DNA from: Lytechinus pictus
Taxonomy: Eukaryota
Direction: 5' to 3'
Length of the DNA: 64,000 bases
Assembly (NCBI RefSeq): GCF_037042905.1
Contig: NC_087250.1
Coordinates: 10,666,001-10,730,000, forward strand
The position numbers and the translations under genes are program-made. Numbering within the stretch: the stretch's first letter is position 1; every line of letters starts with the position of its first letter. Below, piece by piece: positions 38,421-50,700 of the stretch. The notes below the pieces were generated by a model. That model was not told the DNA's origin. It made no database searches and saw only the letters and a list, made by a program, of their open reading frames with translations.

Positions 38421-39761
38421 CTGTTGTTATGTATATAAAAAAATTATTACAGAGAAATTACATTAATTTCTTTATTTCGTTTTCCTCTCTATGCACTGTT
38501 GTTATGTATATAAGAATTTTATTACAGAGAAATTACATTCATTCCTTTATTTCGTTTTCCTCTCTAAGAATAATGTGATTAAAGAATCTTCCAGTATCGG
38601 CCGCACAGAACATTGCGCTAACACTGTACGTGCAAACAAAGGAGGGCCCTAGCCTGTTACAACCAGTAATCTCGCCGCGATGGCTAATGTCTAAGTAATG
38701 CATTTTTTACATCTGGGATCAAAGCTTGACATCACAATCTGTATATCATTATTCATTAACAATTCAGCTACTAACAACATGGGTAGAATGATCGCACAGA
38801 AGGCACATAAAGCACTGTTAGGGCGCCGTTAGGCGCGAGTGTTGTTAGGGGATTTGCGTTATGCGAAATCTATAATTTGTGCGTACTGATCTAAATTTAA
38901 CTAAATATTTCAGCTATGATTATTTGCACATCCTACAAGTTTAAAATCTTGTCTAGGAAAGGGTAAAGGAATGTAAGTCATTACCATATAGGGCTACAAA
39001 AATGTCCTTATTATTAGTTTAAACATGAAATGAGAGCAAGTAGTAGTTATATATTTACTAATTTAATCTTTTAAGATATCGAATAAGCTTTAAAAAGACC
39101 AAGAACATTAGCCTATCATGATATTACGATGAGGATTCAGTACCAAAAGAAAATGCAATCCCACTTTTCATCAGTTTCTTTTGTTTGAAAATGCTCTTCA
39201 CAGACTTCACTCATCATGCTCATGATAGAGTATTTGCCAATGATGATTATCATGCGATAAATTTCATCAGCTGTTATTCTTCTTTCTAAATGTAGGGTCT
39301 ATTCTTAAAAATGTCTTCGAAAACCTTAAAATGATATATCTTGAAAGAAAAAAAAATCTTGTTGAAAAGGAGGATATCTTGGCACAAGTCAACATCCCCC
39401 GCTATATACCCATTAATAAAAGGATACTCCAGGCTGAAGAAAATAATACGGTATGAACAGTAAAGACAAGTGAAACAAACAAAACACTGACAAATTGATA
39501 AAAATTGAAAATGAATACAAACAATTATGCTATCTTAACATTTTGCATTAGGCCCTAATTCGGTGAATTTTATATTCATGTCTTCAGGAATATGCAATGA
39601 GGGTCTGTTGTATCATTAAAAATTAGGTTTATTTAAAAAATTTTGTCAACCCAGAATACTGCTTCTAAGATCATCATTCTGTTACTCGGGTGACATACAC
39701 ACATTTGAGACAACTACGAGTTCATTTCAATAAAATCAGAAAAAGGGGGAAAGAGCTAGAG

Positions 39762-42489
39762 CATAGGCGGATCCAGGGGGGCCGAGGGGCCCGGCCCCCC
39801 GCCCCTATTGGCGGAGCAAAAAAAATAAAAAAGGGGGAAAGAAAAAAAAAGAAAACGAAGGAAAAAGAGAGAAGAAAAAAATAAGGGGAATTGTAAAAGG
39901 AGGAAGACGAGTCAATAAAAAAAGATGAGGGGGGAGACTTGGAAAATAATAATAATAAAAAAACTCATGTCAACATATAAAATTTTCGCTCGCGCTTCGC
40001 GCTCGCATTGCATTTTATGTGATTTTCATATCTTGCTAAATATGAAGCTTAAAATATCAAATTTTGAAGTCAACATACCAAACATATTTCAGCTCGGAAA
40101 TCGAGCTTTCATTATTTTGTTCGAATTACAAATGGAATTTTTGTTGAAATGTCTGTTTTATGGTCTTAATATTAACATTTTCTGCTCGCACTGCGCGCTC
40201 GCAAAATTTGATTTGTCAGGTACCTATTATTTTCTTGTATTCCATAAAGTCCTCAAGATATCCCTATTCAGGTCAGATTGTTAAAACGTATCAGCTAGGG
40301 CTGCACGCTAGCATTTTGATTGGTGAGTGATGCATATCTCAATATCACTTCTATAACAAATTACTTAAAATCCCTATTTCATGACAATTTATCAAAAAAT
40401 TCCGGCTCGCGATTTTCGCTCCCATTAATTGTTGAAAATATATTAACTCATGCATCTTATTCATAATTACAAAAGGGCTTTAAATGTCCAGTTTTCAGGC
40501 AATAATATCAGATTTCGCGCTCTCGTTATGCTTATTAGATGAATATGTTATTTTAATAATCAAATTGTCCGCAAAGACGGATCCAGGGGGGGGTGCCGAG
40601 GGGCCTGCCCCCCCCCCCCCCCCTTATTGGCGGAGCAAACAAAATAAAAAAGGGGAAAGAAAGAAAAAAAAAAGAAAAAGGGAAAAGAGAGGAGAAAAAA
40701 GAAGGGGAAACATAAGGGGATGAAAACGAGTGAATAAAATGAGATGAGGGGAAGTTGGAAAATAATTAAAAAAAATATTTCATGTCACTATACAGTATAA
40801 AATTTTTGCTCGCGCTACGGGCTTGCATTGCCTTTCGAGTGATTTACATATCTTACTCAATATGGAGCTTAAACATCAAATTTTGAATTCATTATACAAA
40901 ACACATTTCATCTCGGAAATCAAACTTTCATTATTTTGTTTGATTTACAAATTCATATTTAAAAAGTGCTCTGTAACAATTTATGTTTTATCTTCTGAAA
41001 ATAAAAATTTTCTGCTCACGCTGCGCGCTCGCAAAATTAGATTTTTTAGGTACCTATTATATTCCTGTATTCCATAAAGTTCTCAAATATCACTATTTAG
41101 GTCAATTTGTCAAAACATAAGAGCTAGGGCTGTACGCTCACATTTTCATTGGTGGTTGGATATGTATATCTCAATATTGATTTTATAACGAACTACTTAA
41201 AATCCCAATTTCATGACAGTTTATCAAAAATTTCGGCTCGCGATTTGCGATGGCATTGATTATTGAAAATGAATTAACTCATGCATCCTATTCATAATTA
41301 CAAACATGCTTTGAATGTCCGGTTTTCAGGCAATAATATTATCAGATTTCGCACTCTCATTGTGCTTATTAGATGAATATATTATTTTAATAATCAAATT
41401 GTCCCTTTTTCAGAATGAAATATCGACAAGTTTCATCTCTCGCTTAGGAAGAGAAATAGGAAGATAGTCATCATTTTCATATGATGACATAATATTCTTA
41501 GAATGTCCCTCTCCTATGTCAAAACTCAAAGTAATAATAATGAAACATATCAGATCTTTTTTAACTGTGATACATATCCACCTTACAATTTTCCTACAAA
41601 GTGCTTGAAAGAGAGAGCTTAAATTGACCCTTTTTTCAGATTGGAATGTCAATTATTTTAAGCTCGAGCTTCGCGCTCGCTTTATCGATTTTCATTATGA
41701 AAAAATTTAGAATGCCCAGATTCTAGGTCGAAATGAGAAACACGCGCACGCCTGTTTATTCAGATACGTGGCTTGTTCTATATTTAAATAATTATGAGCC
41801 TATATTATCTAGTTTCAGATCAGAATGTCAAAAAATTATTACATTATTAATGTAAGAAGATAGCAAATTATACCCACATTTTTTCATGATTTACAAAACA
41901 TGAAGAGAGTGTCCCATTTTTAGGTTTGAAATCTCCATTTTTTTCCGCTCGCACTTCATGCTCGAATGATTATTGTTTGGTTATATATTTATACCTTTCA
42001 TGATTACAAAAAGTACATAGAACGTTAATTTTTTAGGCCGGAACGTCAAAAAAATGTCCGGCTCGCGCTTCGCGCTCACATTATTTTATCATTGAAATAT
42101 GTATCGTAACTGCAATCCATCTTTAACAGGTCCTTTTTTCGACAAGGCCAGAACGCATAAAAATTTCTGCGCGCGCTTCACGCTCGCAGTACTATATAGT
42201 TACATACGCATCTTGTTCAGGTTCACAAACATTGCCCAGAATAGTTCAATTTTCAGCACAAAAACCATGACATTTCCAAATTGTTTAGCTCGCACTTCAC
42301 GCTCACACTATTTAAATAGGGCTTATGAAATGAATTACACATTTATGTTGTTTATAAGAATAAAGCTAAACAATTACTGTAAGGACATGGGCGCTTTGCC
42401 CCCCCCCAAAAAAAAATAAGGGTGAAATACAATATTATTTTCCAAATATTATGTCCAAATCTTATTGGCGGAGGCTGGATCCGCCCCTG
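39762..42489. mobile_element. hAT-like non-autonomous element with an internal ~810-bp tandem duplication
   Basis: TIR CATAGGCGGATCCAG / CTGGATCCGCCCCTG. Apparent 6-bp TSD CTAGAG (39756-39761 and 43680-43685, the latter after the AcademH insert). GCGCTTCGCGCTCGC repeats; 39765-40575 recurs at 40577-41400. Confidence 0.75.
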
Positions 42490-42492
42490 CTA

Positions 42493-43673
42493 TAGCCTTT
42501 TGTCAAGACCCTCGCGACTTGACTCTATCCTAGTAAAGTAGTGGCTGAAACGAGACTAGCGGCCTACGAAGACAACTGGCGATACCCGAGTGAACGCGCT
42601 AGCCGAACGACTTGTCGTGAGGGCCTTTTGGAACCTTTTCCGAGTCGGAATTGCTACCTGAGAGGTAGCGGCCAATAAGCGGACGCTTCTCGCATGACGT
42701 CAGCATATATTAAATATGCAAATATCGACTCTCGCAATCCATCATGGCTGCCTCCGAGTCCGAAGAATTATCGCTGAAAAGTACAGAAATTGCATTGCAA
42801 ATGCTGAAAAAATATCAGCGTTCAAGGAACTACAACTGAGGGCGATTCTATCAGTCCTTCGAGGACACGATACGTTCGTAAGTCTCCCCACTGGATATGA
42901 CAAAAGTGACATTTACCAGGCCATCCCGTTGTGCAAGGATTATCTTCGAAATCAGGTAGAAGGCACCAGAACCACCTTAGACTGCACACCTCTGACCGTC
43001 ACTTGTTTCATGCACCAAAACTTGGAAACTTGCATAACAATGCTTGCATGCTGCAATGTAAATAAACTTCTCAGCACGTGAACTTTGCCTTTTCCGAGAC
43101 GTTTAAACTATTTCTTTAACACTTACACAGCACTCACATTGTGAACTGTACGTAGTAAAAAAAACGTAATCCGCTGCTATTTACAAAAGGACTACACGCA
43201 AGACTAAAGAATGAAGTCGGATCGGTTCATTTTATACAGAGGGAAGATATATTCATTTCACTAAATATTTTTAGCTATGCTCGTTGAATCTTCCTTTGTT
43301 ATTTTCATTTTTTTATCTAAAAGTATCTGCTAGATAACTTAAGTACCTTATTGGCACTTTTGAGCATCGTAAATAAAATATTATTTTCAATGTTTGCATT
43401 TTCTTACATGGCTTCATAATGAACGAACCACGATGGCAGGCAGTGTGAAGCTGCTGTTCTGATTGGTCAATATTCGGAGGGAGACTAAGTAGCATGCTCA
43501 TGAATAATTAATAGCAAGCGGTGAAACCCAGGTTCCAAAAGACCCTCACGACAAGTCGTTCGGCTCGCGCGTTCACTCGGGTATCGCCAGTTATCTTCGT
43601 AGGCCGCTAGTGTCGTGTCAGCCACTACCTGACTAGGATAGAGCCAAGTCGCGAGGACCTTGACAAAAGGCTA
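42493..43673 (+). mobile_element. AcademH-type deletion derivative with a RecQ-like helicase remnant
   Basis: TIRs of about 143 bp (TAGCCTTTTGTCAAG / CTTGACAAAAGGCTA) and a perfect 9-bp TSD CCCCTGCTA (42484-42492, 43674-43682). Confidence 0.85.
42744..42955 (+). pseudogene. RecQ-like SF2 helicase N-terminal fragment (motifs 0/I)
   Basis: FKELQLRAILSVLRGHDTFVSLPTGYDKSDIYQ corresponds to the RecQ Q-motif and LPTGxGKSLxYQ, with a G>D change in Walker A. It is truncated after a possible GT donor. Confidence 0.8.
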
Positions 43674-44289
43674 CCCCTGCTAGAGGATTTGGCATCATCG
43701 TTCCATTCATTGCATATTCATGGCCACATGCTGCGCAGTAATATCATTTGCAAAACACAGTGTTAAATTTTTAATATTCAAGAAATTTGTTATTTTTTAT
43801 CAGATTTCGATGAAATTCTCAGCAATTTGCGCATCTAATTTTACTCAATTTATATTGTTGTATGGGCCCGAAATACCCCTTTAATTCGGTCGAGGTCTAT
43901 TTCAAATTATTTGGTATAAGAAAGGGAGACAAGTTTTAAGGGAAAAAATATTCACTAACATCGTCATTATTGGTGCCCTTGGCACTGTTAGCGATTTGTA
44001 TGAACATTATAGCGCCACTGTAAGCTTCTGCTGGACCGTTTGTTTATTAGGAATTCGGCTAAGCTTCTGTGAATTTATCGATACCGATAGGCCCCATGTT
44101 AGTGCTCTGTTAGTGAAAACAATGCGTCTAGGCGGTGGTCGCACGTGACAGATGTGACTGACCCTGCTGTCAGCGTTCTGTTACGCCAACACGGAGTTTT
44201 TGCAAACCTCTGGAACGCGAGATTAGGGTCCGGTAACACAAAAGTTAACGATTAATCATAGACTCGATTTTCAAAATTGATTGTACATT

Positions 44290-44775
44290 CCTCTGTTTTT
44301 AACCGATTTTCATGAAATTTGGCACTCACATTGGTCTTGAGGTGAAGATGTCTAAGACACATGTTTGTGTATCTTTCAGAAACCTTGTTGCCATGGTAAC
44401 AGCACATTATATGGCAAAAATTTGGAAAAATTCTTACGATTCGAACTGCTTCATCAGTTTTCAATCAGTTCTCATGAAATTTGGCACACACATTGGCATT
44501 GAAGTGAAGATGTACAAGGCACTTTTTTGGGTGTTCAGAAATTGTGTTGCCATGGTAACAACATTATATGGCAAAATTTAGGTAAAAACCTTGCGATCTG
44601 AACTACTTCAGTTTTGTACCAATTATCATGAAATTTGGCTCACATATTGGCCTTGAGGTGAAGATGTGCAAGAACATTTTTTTGGTTGCATTTGTCAGAC
44701 AGTGCATTGCCATGGTAACCACATATGATAGCCAGATATGCAGAAAACCTCATTGCGCATCAAACTTCTTCTCAG
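44290..44775 (+). repeat. About four units of the same ~120-bp minisatellite as 29930-31290
   Basis: CATGAAATTTGGCAC...GTGAAGATG...GCCATGGTAAC units. Confidence 0.75.
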
Positions 44776-47700
44776 TTTTTCAGTCTGTGCTCAGAGAGAG
44801 TTGAAGTTCATGATGATGATATTACTCAAGGTGATGTTAGAAATGTAGATTCCAATGGTAACTCTAATTCTGAGAATGAGAGAGTTGAAGTTAATTGTGA
44901 TGATGGTACTAACGTAGGCCTAGCCGTGCAATATCAAGGGATTTCATTTGTACTTTTACCACGCGTTTATCAAGCTAACCGTACGTTGTGGTTATATTTT
45001 GTAAATAAATCGTTTTCATTGTTATGTTGAATAGACAGAAATCAAGTTTAAAGACATTCCTGTATAGCACAATGCAAAATACTTTGACATATACTAACGC
45101 TCTGTGAAAGGTGATAGGGGCAAAGAAAAAGAATAACAAGAATATAAAAAAATTATTATGGAACCATTTATCGAAAACATACTAAGAAATTTATTTGGAG
45201 CTATTCGTGGTATAGAATTTTGTATTGTCATTACACGAAATATCAATGGATTTTGTTTTCGTACTTATACTTTGGGTTAATCAGGGTGACTGTACAATGT
45301 GTTAAACATATCTGATTTTGTGAAGGAATCTTTTTCAATGATATATTGAATGAACAAAATGAAGCTTATAGACATTCGTCTAAAGAATAGTAAAAAAAAA
45401 TCAATTAAAATATAAATACAATTAGGTGTGTACTCGTGGCTGTGAAATAAGATTAAGGAAAAGAGAAAGAATAACATGAAAATGAAAATATTATGGAAAA
45501 TTTTCTAAAACGTACTTAAAAACATACTTGGAACTATTTGTGTAGTTTTAGAGGGGGGGGGGGGTCTGATTTGACGTAAGAAATTTTTGAGAATCCAAAG
45601 AAAAAGACTTACTTTATTGTTATTACACTTTTATCAATGAGTTTTTTCGTACCTATGCTGTGGGTTAATCGAGGTAAAGGTACGTTGTGTTGATTTGTAA
45701 TGAGTAATTTGTAATGAGTAATGTTAGAGGATCCAAGATACAGTTATTTTATTGTCATTACATTAAATATCAATGGATTTTATTCGTACTTTTACCGTGC
45801 GTTAATCAAGCTAACAGTACTTTGTGTTTATATTTTGTAAATAAATCGTTTCCATTGTTATGTTAATTAGACAGAAATCAAGTTTAAAGACATTCCTGTA
45901 TAGATAATGCAAAACACTTTGAAATATACTACGGTCTCTGAAAGGAGATAAGGGAAAAGAAAAATAATAACAAGAATATGAAAATATTAAGGAACCATTT
46001 ATCGAAAAACGTACTAAGAAAGATATTTTGAACTATTGCTGTTATAGAATTTTGTATTGTCATTACATTAAATATCAATGGATTCTGTTTTCGTACTTAT
46101 ACTGTGGGTTAATTAGGGTGACTTTACGTTCAGTTAAACATATCTAAGTTTTGTGAAGAAATTTTTTCATTATTAAGTTGAATAGACAGAAATCAAGTTT
46201 AAAGACATTAATGTATAGAATAATCCAAAATACTTAGAAATTTAAATACGTTAGGGTGTATACTTAAGGTCTGTGAACGGAGAACAGGGGAAGGAAAAAG
46301 AATAAGAACAATATCAAAATATTATGGAACCATTTATCTAAAAGTAATAAGAAAGTTATTTGGAACTATTCGTGTTATAAAATTTTGTATTGTCATTACA
46401 CTAAATATCAATGGATTTTTTTTCGTACTTATACTGTGGATTAACTAAGGGGACTGTACGTTGTGTTGAACATATCTGATTTTGTGAAAGAATATTTTTC
46501 AATGATATATTGAATGAACAAAAATGAAGGTTCTAGACATTCCTCTAAAGAATAGTAAAAAAAATCCATTAAAAGATAAATACAATTAGGTGTATACTCG
46601 GGGCTGTCAAATAAGATTAGGGAGAAGAGAACACGAAAATGAAATTATTGTGGAAAATTTTACAAAAAAGTACTTAACAGCATACTTAGAACTATTTGCG
46701 TAGTTTTAGAGGGGGGGGGGGGTCTGATTTGACGTAAGAAATTTTCGAGGATCCAAAGTAAAAGACTTACTTTATTGTTATTACACTTTTATCAATGAGT
46801 TTTTTCGTACGTATGCTGTGGGTTAATCGAGGTAAACGTACGTAGTGTTGATTTGTAATGAGATATTTGTAATGAATAATGTTAGAGGATCCAAGATACA
46901 GTTATTTTAATGTCATCACATTAAATATCAATGGATTTCGTTCATACTTTTACCGTGCGTTAATCAAGCTAACGGTACTTTGTGTTTATATTTTGTAAAT
47001 AAATCGTTTCCATTGTTATGTTAATTATACACAAATCAAGTTTAAAGACATTCCTGTATAAATAACGCAAAATACTTTGAAATATACTACGGTCTTTGAT
47101 AGGAGATAAGGGAAAAGAAAAATAATAACAAGAATATGAAAATATTATGGAAACATTTATCGAAAAACGTACTAAGAAAGATATTTTGAACTATTGCTGT
47201 TATAGAAATTTGTATTGTCATTACATTAAATATCAATGGATTCTGTTTTCGTACTTATACTGTGTGTTAATTAGGGTGACTTTACGTTCAGTTAAACATA
47301 TCTGATTATTGTGAAGAAATCTTTTCATTATTGAGTTGAATAGACAGAAATCAAGTTTAAAGACATGAATGTATAGAATAATCCAAAATACTTAGACATT
47401 TAAATACATTAAGGTGTATACTTACCGACTGTGAACGGCCATAAGGGAAAAGAAAATATTAAGTAGAATATAAAAATATTATGGAACCATTTAACGAAAA
47501 CGAACTCAGAAAGTTATTTGGAACTATTAGTGTTATAGAATTGTGTATTGTCAATACAGTAAATATCAATGGATTTTTTTTTCGTACTTATACTGTGGAT
47601 TAACTATTAGGGGACTGTACGTTGTGTTGAAGATATCTGATTTTGTGAACGAATATTTTTCAATGATTTATTGAATGAACAAAAATGAAGCTTCTAGACA

Positions 47701-50700
47701 TTCCTCTAAAGAATAGTAAAAAAAAATCCATTAAAAGATAAATAAAACTAGGTGTATACTCGGGGCTGTCAAATAAGATTAGGGAAAAGAGAACACGAAA
47801 ATGAAATTATTATGGAAAATTATCTAAAACGTACTTAAAAGCATACTTGGAACTATTTGTGTAGTTTTAGAGGGGGGGGGGGGGGTCTGATTTGACGTAA
47901 GAAATTTTTGAGAATCCAAAGAAAAAGACTTACTTTATTATTATTACACTTTTATCAATGAGTTTTTTGTACCTATGCTGTGGGTTAATCGAGGTAAAGG
48001 TACGTTGTGTTGATTTGTAATGAGATATTTGTAATGAATAATGTTAGAGGATCCAAGATACAGTTATTTTAATGTCATTACATTAAATATCAATGGATTT
48101 CGTTCGTACTTTTACCGTGCGTTAATCAAGCTAACAGTACTTTGTGTTTATATTTTGTATATAAATCGTTTCCATTGTTATGTTAATTAGACAGAAATCA
48201 AGTTTAAAGACATTCCTGTATAAATAATGCAAAATACTTCGAAATATAATATGGTCTTTGATAGGAGATAAGGGAAAAGAAAAATAGTAACAAGAATATG
48301 AAAATATTATGGAAACATTTATCAAAAAACGTACTAAGAAAGATATTTTGAACTATTGCTGTTATATAATTTTGTATTGTCATTACATTAAATATCAATG
48401 GATTCTGTTTTCGTACTTATACTCTGGGTCACGGTTAATTAGGGTGACTTTACGTTCAGTTAAACATATCTGATTTTTGTGAAGGAATCTTTTTCATTCT
48501 TAAGTTGAATAGACATAAATCAAGTTTAAAGACATTAATGTATAGAATAATCCAAAATACTGAGAAATATCATTATAATGAGGTGTATACTTACATGCTG
48601 TGAATGAAGACGAGGGAAAGAGAAAAAAATGGCAAGAATACAGTGTAAAAACATTATAGAACCTGTAATTGAAATCTTAATTGGCAGAGCATGTGGAACT
48701 ATCCCTGTAATTAAATGGATGGGGTCTAAATTTGTAATGAGTAATGTTTAGGATCCAAGATACAGTTATATTATTGTCATTACATTAAATATCAATTGAT
48801 TTCATTCGTACTTTTACCGTGCGTTAATCAAGCTAACAGTACTTTGTGTTTATATTTTGTTAATAAATCGTTTCCATTGTTATGTTAAATAGACAGAAAT
48901 CAAGTTTAAAGACATTCCTGTATAAATAATGCAAAATACTTTGAAATATACTACGGTCTTTGATAGGAGATAAGGGGAAAGAAAAATAATAACAAGAATA
49001 TGAAAATATTATGGAACCATTTATCGAAAAACGTACTAAGAAAGATATTTTGAACTATTGCTGTTATAGAATTTTGTATTGTCATTACATTAAATATCAA
49101 TGGATTCTGTTTTCGTACTTATACTGTGGGTTAATTAGGGTGACTTTACGTTCAGTTAAACATATCTGATTTTTGTGAAGAAATCTTTTCATTATTAAGT
49201 TGAATAGACAGAAATCAAGTTTAAAGACATTAATGTATAGAATAATCCAAAATACTAAGAAATTTAAATACGTTAAGGTGTATACTCACAATCTGTGAAC
49301 GGAGAACAGGGGAAGGAAAAAGAATAAGAAGAATATCAAAATATTATGGAACCATTTATCTAAAACGTACTAAGAAAGTTATTTGGAACTATTCGTGTTA
49401 TAAAATTTTGTATTGTCATTACATAATAATATCAATGGTTTTTTTTTCGTACTTATACTGTGGATTAACTATTAGGGGACTGTACGTTGTGTTGAACATA
49501 TCTGATTTTGTGAAAGAATATTTTTCAATGATATATTGAATGAACAAAAATGAAGCTTCTAGATATTCCTCTAAAGAATAGTAAAAAAATCAATTAAAAT
49601 ATAAATACAATTAGGTGTATACTCGGGGCTGTCAAATAAGATTAGGGAAAAGAGAACACGAAAATGAAATTATTATGGAAATTTTTTTAAAACGTACTTA
49701 AAAGCATACTTGGAACTAATTGTGTAGTTTTAGAGGGGGGGCGGGGGGTCTGATTTGACGTAAGAAATTTTTGAGGATCCAAAGAATGGGACCTACTTTA
49801 TTGTTATTAAAATTTTATCAATGAGTTTTTTTCGTACGTATGCTGTTGGTTAATCGAGGTAAAGGTACGTTGTGTTGATTTGTAATGAGATATTTGTGAT
49901 GAATAATGTTAGAGGATCCAAGATACAGTTATTTTAATGTCATTACATTAAATATCAATGGATTTCGTTCGTACCTTTACCATGCGTTAATCAAGCTAAC
50001 AGTACTTTGTGTTTATATTTTGTAAATAAATCGTTTCCATTGTTATGTTAATTAGACAGAAATCAAGTTTATAGACATTCCTGTATAAATAACGCAAAAT
50101 ACTTTGAAATATACTACGGTCTTTGATAGGAGATAAGGGAAAAGAAAAATAATAACAAGAATATGAAAATATTATGGAAACATTTATCGAAAAACGTACT
50201 AAGAAAGATATTTTGAACTATTGCTGTTATAGAAATTTGTATTGTCATTACATTAAATATCAATGGATTCTGTTTTCGTACTTATACTGTGTGTTAATTA
50301 GGGTGACTTTACGTTCAGTTAAACATATCTGATTATTGTGAAGAAATCTTTTCATTATTGAGTTGAATAGACAGAAATCAAGTTTAAAGACATGAATGTA
50401 TAGAATAATCCAAAATACTTAGACATTTAAATACATTAAGGTGTATACTTACCGACTGTGAACGGCCATAAGGGAAAAGAAAATATTAAGTAGAATATAA
50501 AAATATTATGGAACCATTTAACGAAAACGAACTTAGAAAGTTATTTGGAACTATTAGTGTTATAGAATTGTGTATTGTCAATACACTAAATATCAATGGA
50601 TTTTTTTTTCGTACTTATACTGTGGATTAACTATTAGGGGACTGTACGTTGTGTTGAAGATATCTGATTTTGTGAACGAATATTTTTCAATGATTTATTG

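Larger units (their letters stand above)
39421..43880. mobile_element. Older Kolobok-type element hosting nested insertions
   Basis: Left end TAAA-AGGATACTCC, right end ATACCCCT-TTAA, with degenerate Kolobok-like subterminal sequence on both sides. Confidence 0.55.

Noticed and set aside
44725..45030. Acidic ORF (ERVEVHDDD...) at the satellite border
   Set aside because: It is short and low in complexity, spans repeat junctions, and has no recognisable domain.
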